Origin: Myxococcota bacterium
Lineage (GTDB): Bacteria > Myxococcota_A > UBA9160 > JAFDDA01
Assembly: GCA_965228475.1 (NCBI GenBank)
Contig: OZ245817.1
Location: 2,752,001-2,816,000 of the forward strand
DNA: 64,000 nucleotides
Direction: 5' to 3'
In this document: in pieces, positions 50,086 through 59,240 of the stretch
How the letters are laid out: every line of letters starts with the position of its first letter
How positions within the stretch are numbered: position 1 is the stretch's first letter
Translations under genes and position numbers: made by a program
Notes under the pieces: model-generated
Seen by the model: only the letters and a program-made list of their open reading frames with translations
Told to the model about the DNA's origin: nothing
The model's database searches: none

Positions 50086-52182
50086 GTGCTGGCCCCGATG
50101 GCAGAACGCGCGCGGCGCGGCCTCGCCCAGCCCGTCGACGGCGCTTCCCTCGCCGCGCTCCGGATCGGCTTCGGCCTGATCCTGACCTACCACATGGCCA
50201 GGCACTTCCAGGAGCGAGGCGGCCGGACCCTCATCGACTTCCTCTACGTCGAGCCGGCCTTCCACTTCCCCTACCCCGGCCTGGAATGGCTCACGGTCCT
50301 GCCGGAGCCCTGGATGACCGGGACGTTCGTGGTCGCCGGGCTCGGCGCAATCGGGATCGCGCTCGGACTCTTCTACCGCGCCGCGGCCGTCGCCTTCTTC
50401 CTCGCCTACACCTACATCTTCCTGGCCGACCAGGCCGAGTACAACAATCACTACTATCTGATCAGCCTCGTAGGTCTGCTCCTCAGCGTCGCGCCCGCGC
50501 ACCGCGTGTGCTCGATCGATGCGTGGCGGAGACCCGCGACGCCCGAGGTGCCCTTCTGGGCCGTCTTCCTGTTCCGCTACCAGCTCTTCTGCATGTACTT
50601 CTTCGCGGGCATCGCGAAGATCAACGCGGACTGGCTGACCGCCGTTCCCATGCACTCGCCGGCCGAAGCCCTCCGCGGGCACGTCGCCGCCTGGCTGCCC
50701 CTGCCCGATGCGGTCACGATCGAGCACTTCGCGCGGCTCCTCGCCTGGGGCGGGCTCGTCTTCGACCTCTCGATCGGCTTCCTGCTGCTCTTCCGGAGGA
50801 CTCGCTGGCTCGCCCTCCTCCTGCTGGCGGGCTTCCACGGTACGAACCACGTGCTCTTCCCGATCGGGATCTTCCCGGCCATGGCGTTCTGGATGACGTT
50901 GATCTTCCTCTCCCCGGACTGGCCCCGGCGATTCGCCCGCTGGATTCGGCGCCGGCCTCCGGAGTCGGCGGCCCCTCCCCGCGCCCCGGAGCGCGCAGCC
51001 GCCGCGCCGCTGGCGGGCGCGATGCTGACGTTCGTCGTCGGCTGGGTCGTCCTCCAGGCGACCGTTCCGCTCCGGCACTTCTTCATTCCCGGCGATGCGA
51101 ACTGGACGGAAGAGGGACAGGACTTCAGCTGGCGCATGATGCTCCGCATGAAGACGGCCGGGCACGTCCTCTTCTACGTCCGCGACCCCGGCCTCTTCCT
51201 CGACGAGAAGCCGACCCGAGCCGACTGGGAGCAGTGGCCTGCCGATGCGGCTCGGATGGTCCACGTCCCGACGGACGCGAGGCGCTTCGACTGGAGCACC
51301 CGCACCGGCCTGATGGTCCTCTACGAACCCCTCCACGGCTACCGGGTCGTGTGGAACCCGGGGCCCTCCGACGCCCCCGAGGCCAGCGTGCTCGCGACGT
51401 GGGAAGCGCGTTTCGGACGCCTGCCCGCGCTGCGCGAGACGACCCCGGTGCCCGATGCCTTGGAGCAGATCGCCGCAGCGATCCGCTCGGCACGCGAGAG
51501 CGATCCCGTGCTCGCGAAGGCCGACGCCCTGGCCGACCTCGGGCAACTCCACGCGCGCTGGCTCGCGCGCGGCGCGGCGCTGCCTGCGGAGCTCGCCGAA
51601 CTCTCCCGGGCGACCATCGACCTCCTCGAGCGGCTCCAGGTATCCCGGTACGGCGTCCAGGCGGAACCGTTCCTCGTTCGGCTCGCACCCTTCGCCCTGC
51701 AGTACGGAAGGCCGGCCCCTGCCGCGTTGCGCATCGTGGACGACCCGCAGCTCGACTTCGCGCAGCGCTCCCCCGGCCTCGAGGCCCTCTCGGGAGGCAA
51801 CCCGGCACTCGTCTGGATCGATTGGGACCAGCTCCCCAGCGCCGACTGGCGCGCCCTCCCCCAGATCCTGCTCGCCTTCGAAGAGGGCCGGCTGCGCGCC
51901 GTCTGGAATCACTTCCGCGAGCTCAACCACTTCCAGACGCGGCGCATGTCCGTGCGCCCGCACCTCATGAACACCTACGCGCGCCTGCACATCGCCGAGG
52001 AGTGGAAGCAGCGCTTCGGCCGCCGCCCCGAGGTCTATGCCTCGAGCCTGGTCATGCTGAACTACAAGCGGCCGCAGCGTCTCGTCGACCCGAGCGTGGA
52101 CCTCGCCAGCGCGGGCTACTCTACGCTCCGGCGCAACCCGTGGATCCTCCCCAAGAACCCGGGTGCCAACGCCGGGGACTAG
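50086..52182 (+). CDS. HTTM domain / vitamin K-dependent gamma-carboxylase-like membrane protein
   Basis: Motifs VDGASLAALRIGFG, YNNHYYL, YFFAGIAKINADWL, WTEEGQDFSWRMML and LVDPSVDLA..PWILP. Confidence 0.9.
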   Translation: MLAPMAERARRGLAQPVDGASLAALRIGFGLILTYHMARHFQERGGRTLIDFLYVEPAFHFPYPGLEWLTVLPEPWMTGTFVVAGLGAIGIALGLFYRAAAVAFFLAYTYIFLADQAEYNNHYYLISLVGLLLSVAPAHRVCSIDAWRRPATPEVPFWAVFLFRYQLFCMYFFAGIAKINADWLTAVPMHSPAEALRGHVAAWLPLPDAVTIEHFARLLAWGGLVFDLSIGFLLLFRRTRWLALLLLAGFHGTNHVLFPIGIFPAMAFWMTLIFLSPDWPRRFARWIRRRPPESAAPPRAPERAAAAPLAGAMLTFVVGWVVLQATVPLRHFFIPGDANWTEEGQDFSWRMMLRMKTAGHVLFYVRDPGLFLDEKPTRADWEQWPADAARMVHVPTDARRFDWSTRTGLMVLYEPLHGYRVVWNPGPSDAPEASVLATWEARFGRLPALRETTPVPDALEQIAAAIRSARESDPVLAKADALADLGQLHARWLARGAALPAELAELSRATIDLLERLQVSRYGVQAEPFLVRLAPFALQYGRPAPAALRIVDDPQLDFAQRSPGLEALSGGNPALVWIDWDQLPSADWRALPQILLAFEEGRLRAVWNHFRELNHFQTRRMSVRPHLMNTYARLHIAEEWKQRFGRRPEVYASSLVMLNYKRPQRLVDPSVDLASAGYSTLRRNPWILPKNPGANAGD

Positions 52183-52183
52183 C

Positions 52184-52963
52184 ATGCCGTCGCTCCAGCC
52201 GAATCCGTTCCGCGCCACCCGCTACGTCGCGCTCGGCGACAGCCAGACCGAAGGTCTGTGGGACTACCACGCCGACGGCCGGCTCCGCGGCTGGGCCGAC
52301 CGCTTCGCCGAGCGGCTCGCGGAGGCGAACCCGGGCCTGCGCTACGCGAACCTCGCCGTGCGCGGTCGCCGCACCCGGGAGATCCGCGACGAGCAGCTCG
52401 AGGCCGCCCTCGCCCTCGCCCCCGACCTCGCGACCGTCGTCTCCGGGGTGAACGACGTCCTCCGCCCGGGCGCCGACGTCGAAGAGGTCGCCGCCGACCT
52501 CGAAGGCATGTGGGCGGCGCTCACGAGCGCCGGTTGTCGGGTGATGGGCTGCACGTTCCCCCTGCCGACCACGGGACTGACCCGGCGGCTGGCGCCGCGC
52601 CTCGAGGCCCTGAACGTCGCCCTGCGCAAGGCCGCCGAGCGCCAGCGCGTGCTGCTCGTCGAGGTGGAGGACATTCCCTCGGCCGCGGACCTCCGTCTGT
52701 GGAGCGCCGACCGCATCCACCTGAACCCCGACGGTCACCGACTGCTCGCCGCCGCCTTCGAGGGGACGCTGCGAGGGGCGGAGGAAGGCAGCTGGCGGGA
52801 GCCCCTCCCGCCGGCACCCCCTGCTTCCCGGGCGCGGGCCGCGGCGTCCGAAGCGCTCTGGCTCGCCCGCTTCGTGGTCCCGAAGGTGGCCCGCATGGTC
52901 CGGGGGCGATCCTCCGGGGATGGCCGCACCGCGAAGCGGCCCGCGCTCGAACCGATCGCCTGA
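52184..52963 (+). CDS. SGNH/GDSL hydrolase
   Basis: Motifs ALGDSQTEG, NLAVRG, GVND and DRIHLN. Confidence 0.92.
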   Translation: MPSLQPNPFRATRYVALGDSQTEGLWDYHADGRLRGWADRFAERLAEANPGLRYANLAVRGRRTREIRDEQLEAALALAPDLATVVSGVNDVLRPGADVEEVAADLEGMWAALTSAGCRVMGCTFPLPTTGLTRRLAPRLEALNVALRKAAERQRVLLVEVEDIPSAADLRLWSADRIHLNPDGHRLLAAAFEGTLRGAEEGSWREPLPPAPPASRARAAASEALWLARFVVPKVARMVRGRSSGDGRTAKRPALEPIA

Positions 52964-53007
52964 ACGGTCGAACTTGCCGCGCCTCCATCGCCGGCCACAC
53001 TGCCAGG

Positions 53008-53568
53008 ATGGAACGCCTCGCGACCCTCTTGGCGGCGCTGCTCGCCGCAGGCACCCTCGGCGCCTGCGCGACCGGCGGCGGCCCCGCCCCGCTCGAACCC
53101 CTCAACCGCCGGATCGATCTCGAGCGGTTCATGGGAGACTGGTACGTGATCGGGTTCATCCCGATCGAGCTCCCGTTCTTCAGCGAGGCCGGCGCCCACA
53201 ACGGCGTCGAGTCCTACCGCCTCACCGAAGAGGGCGTCATCGAGACGACCTACACCTTCCGGGACGGGGCCTTCGACGGGCCGGAGAAGCGCTTCACGCC
53301 CAGGGGCTGGGTCTACGACGAGGCCACCAACACCGAGTGGCGCATGCAGTTCGTCTGGCCGCTCAAGGCCGCCTACCTCATCGCCTGGGTCGACGAGGAT
53401 TACGAGGAAACCCTCGTCGGCGTCCCGGACCGCGGAAACCTCTGGATCATGACCCGGCGCTGGGACGTGAGCGACGCATCCTACGAGCGGCTCCTCGGCC
53501 GTGCGGCCCGGCTCGGCTACGACGTCGAGACGGTCCGACGCGTGCCGCAGCGCTGGCCCGCGCCCTAG
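53008..53568 (+). CDS. Bacterial lipocalin (Blc-like) lipoprotein
   Basis: Lipobox LGAC; motifs DLERFMGDWYVI, QFVWPLKAAY and LWIMTR. Confidence 0.9.
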   Translation: MERLATLLAALLAAGTLGACATGGGPAPLEPLNRRIDLERFMGDWYVIGFIPIELPFFSEAGAHNGVESYRLTEEGVIETTYTFRDGAFDGPEKRFTPRGWVYDEATNTEWRMQFVWPLKAAYLIAWVDEDYEETLVGVPDRGNLWIMTRRWDVSDASYERLLGRAARLGYDVETVRRVPQRWPAP

Positions 53569-53581
53569 GGGGCGCCGTGGG

Positions 53582-54658
53582 TCAGCGTGAAGAGACGACG
53601 ATCTCGTCCGAGTTCGCGGGCAGCGAGATCATCGTGCCGTCGACGCCGAGCGTGACGCCTCCCGAGTAGGCCTCGGAGACGCCCTCCAGGAAGATCACGT
53701 CGAGCCCGGGCGCGGGCAGCGGCGGGACGACGTGGGTGTAGAGCAGGTGCCGGGCACCGGCCTCGCGAGCGGTCTCGGCCGCCTCGACGGGCGTCGCGTG
53801 ATAGTCCGGAATGTCCGAGAGGATCTTGCGGATGTTCTCGACCTGCTTGCGCTCGGCAACCTTCTCGAAGAGACCGACCAGCCGCGCCGAGAGCGCCTCG
53901 TGTACGAGCAGGTCCGCCCCCCTCGCGTTGATCACCACCGCCTCGGACTTCTTCGTATCCCCGGAGAACACGGCGCTGCGGCCGCCGTACTCGAACCGAT
54001 ACCCGACGGCCGGCGCCACGGGCTCATGCTCGACGCTGAAGGCCGTCACGCGCAGACCCCCCTCTTCGAACACGACCACGGCTCCGCCGCCGGGCGCCAC
54101 ATCGAAGCGCCGCGCCGCCAACCCGGCGCCGCTCGGCGGCACCGTCTCCTCTCCGTGGTGCGCGATCCGATACCGGACGTCGAGCGCGTAGGCCGCATTG
54201 AACCCGTCGACGACCCGCTCGACACCGGCCGGCCCGTGGACCGGAAGCGGCGCTTCATGGGCGTTCCCCGCCCAGCGGAGCGTCGCGAGCTCTCCGAGGC
54301 CGTCGATGTGGTCCGAGTGGAAGTGGGTCAGGAAGATCGCCGAGAGAAACCCCGGCGGGAGCTGCATCTCCCCGATGTGGCGCGCCGAGTCGCCCCCGGC
54401 GTCGACGAGGAAGAGCGATTCCCCCGCGACGACCGCCGCGCACGGTGCCGAGCGGGTGCCGCTCGGGTCCGGCAGCGGCCCGCCGGCCCCGCAGAGAATC
54501 ACGTGCAGGCCATCCTCGAAGTCGAGCAGCGGGTTCTCGCCGAGGTTCTGCTCCATGGCAGTCTCCGCGACCCGGAGCGCGATCGGGCCGCGGAACGTGT
54601 ACGCGAAGGCCATGACGGCCAGTCCGCCGGCCGCGAGGATCATGAAGAATCGCCGCAT
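53582..54658 (-). CDS. MBL-fold hydrolase (RNase Z/AtsA-like) with N-terminal anchor
   Basis: Motifs THFHSDHIDG, VEHEPV.PAVGYR, SGDT, LVHEA and DYH. Confidence 0.9.
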   Translation of the reverse strand: MRRFFMILAAGGLAVMAFAYTFRGPIALRVAETAMEQNLGENPLLDFEDGLHVILCGAGGPLPDPSGTRSAPCAAVVAGESLFLVDAGGDSARHIGEMQLPPGFLSAIFLTHFHSDHIDGLGELATLRWAGNAHEAPLPVHGPAGVERVVDGFNAAYALDVRYRIAHHGEETVPPSGAGLAARRFDVAPGGGAVVVFEEGGLRVTAFSVEHEPVAPAVGYRFEYGGRSAVFSGDTKKSEAVVINARGADLLVHEALSARLVGLFEKVAERKQVENIRKILSDIPDYHATPVEAAETAREAGARHLLYTHVVPPLPAPGLDVIFLEGVSEAYSGGVTLGVDGTMISLPANSDEIVVSSR

Positions 54659-54665
54659 TCGCCCG

Positions 54666-55283
54666 CTAGGTCGGGTTGCCGTCGTTGCCGAGGGCCTCGT
54701 GCACCTTGCCGACCATCTTGGCCGAAGGCTTGAGCGTGAGGTCGCCTTCTTCGTTCCAACCCGGCGGGATGCCCTCGTCCTTCTTGGCCACGTAGAGAGC
54801 GGCCTTGAACTTCCGCATGAGTTCGTCGACGTTGCGGCCGACGTTCAGGAAGTTCACCTCGGAGAAGAGCAGCGTGCCGTCCGGGCTGATGACGTAGGTG
54901 CCGCGCAGCGCGAGGCCCGCGTCTTCCAGATAGATGCCGAACTGCCGGGCGAGATCACCCGTCTTGTCGGACGCCATCGTGAAGCGAACGTTCTGGAGCT
55001 CCTTCTCGACGGTATGCCAGGCCAGGTGGGTGAAGTGCGTGTCGCAGCTGACCGAGACCAGCCGCGCGCCCATCTTCTCGAACCGATCTTGCAGCCCTGC
55101 CAGGGCCGCGAACTCGGTCGCTCAGACGAAGGTGAAGTCGGCGGGATAGAAGAACAGGATCGTCCACTTCCCGCTCGACTTCAGGTCCGCCAGGCTGAGT
55201 TCGCCGAAGTCGCCGGACTTCGGTTCGTACGTCGTGAGTGTGAAGTCGGGAACCTTGGACCCGACCTGGATCGTCTCGGTCAA
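54666..55283 (-). CDS. ahpC: Predicted selenoprotein: AhpC/Prx1-type peroxiredoxin with Sec54 at the peroxidatic position
   Basis: TTG start with GGGGAG RBS. The frame reads FFYPADFTFV-TGA(55122-55124)-ATEFAAL and continues in frame into track ORF 54666..55073 (VSCDTHFTHLAW, ALRGTYVISPDG, VGRNVDE). The canonical motif is FTFVCPTE. Confidence 0.88.
55091..55109 (-). promoter_or_regulatory. Putative bacterial SECIS hairpin
   Basis: mRNA GCGGCCCU-GGC-AGGGCUGC is an 8-bp stem (one GU pair) with a G-rich loop, starting 12 nt after the UGA. Confidence 0.65.
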
Positions 55284-55388
55284 AGCGGATCTCCCCGGGT
55301 GGATGGTGTGACGAGAAGTGTGCCGGATGGCCGCCGCGCCGCCAACCCGGCGGACGGGGCTATCCTTCGGCCCTCGGAAGGAGGACGC

Positions 55389-56015
55389 ATGACAAACTCG
55401 AAACGCCCGGGCCGGTGGTTGCGGCGGCTCGCGGTGGGCCTCGCCCTGCTCACGCTCGGCGCCGTCGGCGGTTCGCTCCTCCTCTCCCGCGCAGACGGCC
55501 CGCTCTGGGTCTTCGCGGGCGGCCCGCTGCGCTCGGGCGAACTCGTCGAGCTCTCGGAGCTCGACTGGGAACGCCTCGACGCGGCCAGCGAGTTCGAGCT
55601 CGAGATCGTCGGGCTCGAGAGCTCGCGAACGCTCTGGTTCAGCGTCCACGAGGGCGCCGTCTACGTCGCCTGCGACCTCGACTGCATCGACGGGCGTCTC
55701 ACGCGCTGGCCCCAGGCCATCGAACGCGACGGCCGGGTCGTCGTCCGGATCGCCGGGAAGCGGGCCGCGGGGCGCCTCGTCCACGTGCCCCACGGAACCC
55801 CCGAGTACGCTGCCGCGCGCGCGGTGCGCGAGCGAAAGTATGCCGGGGACGACGGAGCGCGAGCCGCTGCGGAGTCCGCGGCCCATGGCGCCGTGGTGGG
55901 CGTGGGCGAGAGCCTCACCGGACGAGACCAACGCGAGGAGCCGGGCGACCGGCTCTACCGCCTCGCTCCGCGCCCCGCCGAGGCTTCGGCCCGGTCGGCG
56001 ACTTCCTCCGGCTGA
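55389..56015 (+). CDS. Membrane-anchored hypothetical protein (possible split beta-barrel)
   Basis: GGAGG RBS; TM segment; DGPLWVFAGGPLRSG and W...I.RDGRV.VRI motifs. Confidence 0.7.
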   Translation: MTNSKRPGRWLRRLAVGLALLTLGAVGGSLLLSRADGPLWVFAGGPLRSGELVELSELDWERLDAASEFELEIVGLESSRTLWFSVHEGAVYVACDLDCIDGRLTRWPQAIERDGRVVVRIAGKRAAGRLVHVPHGTPEYAAARAVRERKYAGDDGARAAAESAAHGAVVGVGESLTGRDQREEPGDRLYRLAPRPAEASARSATSSG

Positions 56016-56824
56016 CACCCCGGGCAGAAGAAGAGCTTCCGCTGACCGAGGTTCTCGCGGCGGATGGCACCGCCACAGGTCCAGCAGGCCTGGTTGCCTC
56101 GCGTGAAGACGTGGTGGCGGTACTGGCTGCGCCGGAGACCCTGCTCCTTCAGGCGTCGCGCCCGCCGCTCGTCGTTGGTGATGCCACCGGTCCGGTAGGC
56201 GCGCTCGCCGAGAGTGAGGACCGCCTTCGTGAGCCGCCGCCACTCCGTCGCCGTGAGGGAGCCCGCCCGCCGCAGCGGATGCAGCTTCGCTTCGAACAGG
56301 ATCTCCGACCGCAGGTAGTTGCCGACCCCCGCCACGAAGGCCTGATCGAGCAGCAACGCGTGAAGCGGCCGGCCGGCGAACTTCGCGGATTTCATGTGGG
56401 CGCGCAGGCGCGGCTCGTCGAGGTCCCGGGCGAGCAGATCGGGGCCCAGCTTCGAGAGGAAGGGATGCGCCGCGAGCGACGCCGCCGGGAGGACCTCGAT
56501 CTGCGAAGCGCTGTAGAGGAGCGCCGAGTAGGCGTCGTTGTGGACGGCAAAGCGCAACACGCGCCCCGTCCTCGGGAAGGTCCCGGCGCGCTGGACGTAC
56601 CAGCGGCCGTAGAGCTGGTTGTGCGAGAAGACCGTGAGCCCGCCCTCGAAATGCGTGAGCATGGCCTTGCCGCGGGTCTCGACCTCGGTGACCCGGCGCC
56701 CGCTGAGCCGCGGGCCGTAGCCCGCGATCTCGGGCAGGCGAAGCTCGACCTTCGTCGCGGTGCGACCCGCGATGGCGCGCTCCACCTGGTCGGCCGCGCG
56801 GCGGATTTCCGGCCCCTCGGGCAT
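55955..56824 (-). CDS. nei: Endonuclease VIII (Fpg/Nei DNA glycosylase)
   Basis: N-terminal MPEGPEIRR; RGKAMLTHF, SHNQLYGRW; H2TH LLDQAFVAGVGNYLRSEIL; zinc finger CWTC..CPGCQ. Confidence 0.93.
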   Translation of the reverse strand: MPEGPEIRRAADQVERAIAGRTATKVELRLPEIAGYGPRLSGRRVTEVETRGKAMLTHFEGGLTVFSHNQLYGRWYVQRAGTFPRTGRVLRFAVHNDAYSALLYSASQIEVLPAASLAAHPFLSKLGPDLLARDLDEPRLRAHMKSAKFAGRPLHALLLDQAFVAGVGNYLRSEILFEAKLHPLRRAGSLTATEWRRLTKAVLTLGERAYRTGGITNDERRARRLKEQGLRRSQYRHHVFTRGNQACWTCGGAIRRENLGQRKLFFCPGCQPEEVADRAEASAGRGARR

Positions 56825-56934
56825 CCCTCTCGACGTCCTCCCTGCTCGGAGTGAAGCTCGTCCGGGGCCGCTGTCCAGCCGCCGCACCGCGCGGTGGGGT
56901 ACGTTGTGGCGTCCGCCCGAGGAGGTGTCCGCCC

Positions 56935-57336
56935 GTGAGAGCCCTGAAGATCGCCGTCGGCGTCGCACTCGCGTACGTCGGAATCGTCGTCGCCTTCGAA
57001 TCGTTGCTCGGGGTGATCCAGCCGGCCAACGAGTCGACCCTCGTCATCACCACCTTCGACGCGGCCGGGACCGCACACGACCGCGTCGTCTCCCGGCTCG
57101 AGAGCAACGGTAATCTGTATGTGGCCGCGAACCACTGGCCCCGCGCCTGGTTCGAGCGGGCGCTCGAGTACCCCGAGGTGCGTGCGACGATCGACGGTGA
57201 ACCGGCCGACTACCGCGCCGTGCCGCCCGGCGCCGCCGAAGCCGAGCGCGTCGACCGCGAGCACGCCCTCCCGCTGCCGTTCCGCATCCTCACGGGCTTC
57301 CCGCCGCGGCTCTTCCTGCGCCTCGACCCGCGCTAG
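56935..57336 (+). CDS. Membrane-anchored split beta-barrel protein (deazaflavin-dependent nitroreductase/DUF385-like)
   Basis: GAGGAGG RBS and GTG start; LYVAANHWPRAWFERALEYPEV..RLDPR. Confidence 0.65.
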   Translation: MRALKIAVGVALAYVGIVVAFESLLGVIQPANESTLVITTFDAAGTAHDRVVSRLESNGNLYVAANHWPRAWFERALEYPEVRATIDGEPADYRAVPPGAAEAERVDREHALPLPFRILTGFPPRLFLRLDPR

Positions 57337-57480
57337 CCCTCCGATCTCGATCGGGTCGGCAACGCACTCGAACGATGAGGGCCAAGCCGCTGCCCTGAAA
57401 GGCTTTTCCCGCGAGGCACGAGGCTCGGCGCTCCTGCGCTACGCCTCAAGCCGCCCCCGCCGCAGGGCGATCCATCCCGG

Positions 57481-58764
57481 ATGAGCTTCCTCCTGCTGGA
57501 GCTGCGAAGCGCCGCCGATCCGGGCGATGTGCTCGGCGACCTCGCCTGGGTGGCCGCGCTCGTCCTCGTCTCGGGGCTCGTCGCGACCGCCGCATCCTGG
57601 GCCTTCTTCGCCGGATTCGCGCCGCGCTGCGCGCGCCGCGCGATCGCGGCCGGGACGCCCGGCCACGCGCTGCACGCCTATTCCATGGCAGGCGGTGTCG
57701 TCTTCGGCGTGGCGGGCATGCTGATCTTCGGCCTCGCCTTCCAAGCGACGGACCCTTCCGAACCGTCTCTTCGCACGCTCGCGTTCCTCGGAGGCTGGCT
57801 CACGGTCTGGTCCGTCTACCGGGGCTACTCCGCCGGCCTGCGGCGCATCCTCCGAACGACCCACGGCCCGGACTGGGACCACCCGGGCCAGTTCCAACTT
57901 GCCGCGCTGATGATGGGGCCACTGCTCGGCGGGCCGATCGGCGCCGCGCTGCTGGCCCTCCCCTTCCACGCCTGGGCCGACGCCTCCGGAACGCCCTTCC
58001 CGGGATGGATCGCCGCCGGTTTCATCTACCCCGGACTCGTGCTCTCGGGCTTCTACTTCCGCACCGTGGCGGGCCGCATGCTCTCCGAACCGAAACCCCT
58101 GCCGGACGAGATCGCGGAGCGGCTCGAGGCGGCGATCGGCTGCGCGCCCACCCAGCAAACGGCGGTCTTCGGAACGGGCGGCGGCGCCTTCTACAACGCC
58201 CTGGCCCTCCAGGGCATTCCCGGTGCGCAGATGTGGATCAGCGAACCGCTGGTCGATCTCCTCACCCCCGAGGAGGCGGCCGCCGTTCTCGTGCACGAAT
58301 GGGATCACGTCGAGCAGCGCGACGATCGCCGCCGCATCTGGACCACGATGGCGCTCCACGGGGTCTTCCTTGCGGCCGTTTCCGTCCCGTGGACGGTGGA
58401 CCTCTACACCTCCTCGGCGGCCTTCGTTCTCGCGTTCCTGCTCGCATCGACGTTCTTCGGCCAGCGCATCGAGCTGCGCGCCGACGCGCGTGCGAAGGCG
58501 GCGGGCCTCGGGGAGGCCATGGGCAGCGCACTGGTCAAGCTGTATCGCGTGAACCAGATCCCGCGGAGCACGAGCGCCGACTCCCTCGCGACCCACCCCA
58601 TGCTCGCGGCGCGCCTCGAAGCCCTGGGGCTCGAGGTTCCCGAGGCGGCCCCGGAGGAAGCCCCCGTCCCGGCCGGGCCCTCGATGAAGAAGGTCTTCCT
58701 GTGGACGTTCGCGCTGGCCTTCGTCCTGGCGCTCTCGAACGTCGTCCTCAGCCGCCTCGTCTAG
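57481..58764 (+). CDS. M48 (HtpX/Ste24-like) membrane zinc metalloprotease
   Basis: Multiple TM segments; motifs YNALA, AVLVHEWDH, ELRAD, ALVKL and THP..R. Confidence 0.88.
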   Translation: MSFLLLELRSAADPGDVLGDLAWVAALVLVSGLVATAASWAFFAGFAPRCARRAIAAGTPGHALHAYSMAGGVVFGVAGMLIFGLAFQATDPSEPSLRTLAFLGGWLTVWSVYRGYSAGLRRILRTTHGPDWDHPGQFQLAALMMGPLLGGPIGAALLALPFHAWADASGTPFPGWIAAGFIYPGLVLSGFYFRTVAGRMLSEPKPLPDEIAERLEAAIGCAPTQQTAVFGTGGGAFYNALALQGIPGAQMWISEPLVDLLTPEEAAAVLVHEWDHVEQRDDRRRIWTTMALHGVFLAAVSVPWTVDLYTSSAAFVLAFLLASTFFGQRIELRADARAKAAGLGEAMGSALVKLYRVNQIPRSTSADSLATHPMLAARLEALGLEVPEAAPEEAPVPAGPSMKKVFLWTFALAFVLALSNVVLSRLV

Positions 58765-58790
58765 CGCCCTCAGCCGCGCGGAGAGCGCGG

Positions 58791-59240
58791 CTACGGCGTG
58801 GGGACGACCCGCTCGAAACGCCGCGTCCAGCCCGGGCGGTCCGGGCCGCGCGGGCTCTTCGCCCAGAGCGTCCCGCGGTTGCCGGACTCGAACCAGAGCA
58901 TCGCTTCGTGGTGGTGGCCCGTACGCGGGTCGTAGACCGTGCCGCCGACCCAGCGCCGTCGGCTGTACTGGAAGCCCGAGAGGACCTCGAGGCCGACCAC
59001 CGGCCGGTCCCGCAGCGCCGGGTCCGGGTGGATCGCGTCGCGCCGCTCGGGCTCGACGGCCGAGACCACCCGGCCGTAGAAGAGGCCCTCCCGTTCGACG
59101 ATCTCCATCTGGCCCACCCGCCCCGGGAGCCAGTACGTCCCGAGCAGGTCCGAGGCCTGGGGGCGGGCATCCACTGGAGCCGCCACCGCCACCGCCAGCG
59201 CGAGGAGGAGAGCCGCGCCCGCGCGGCCCAGAGCGTTCAA
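58791..59240 (-). CDS. DUF2147 family secreted protein
   Basis: G.YW, DAIHPDPALRDRPVVGL and W.GGTVYDPRTG; TTG start overlaps the stop of the upstream gene. Confidence 0.85.
   Translation of the reverse strand: MNALGRAGAALLLALAVAVAAPVDARPQASDLLGTYWLPGRVGQMEIVEREGLFYGRVVSAVEPERRDAIHPDPALRDRPVVGLEVLSGFQYSRRRWVGGTVYDPRTGHHHEAMLWFESGNRGTLWAKSPRGPDRPGWTRRFERVVPTP

Noticed and set aside
53582..54658. Housekeeping RNase Z (rnz)
   Set aside because: The N-terminal hydrophobic export/anchor segment points to an exported AtsA-like MBL hydrolase, so no symbol was assigned.
54666..55283. Calling the peroxiredoxin (and the 41443-42003 gene) pseudogenes
   Set aside because: In each case the only lesion is a TGA exactly at the catalytic Cys, followed by a hairpin. 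Selenocysteine explains this better, although Sec machinery is not visible in this window.
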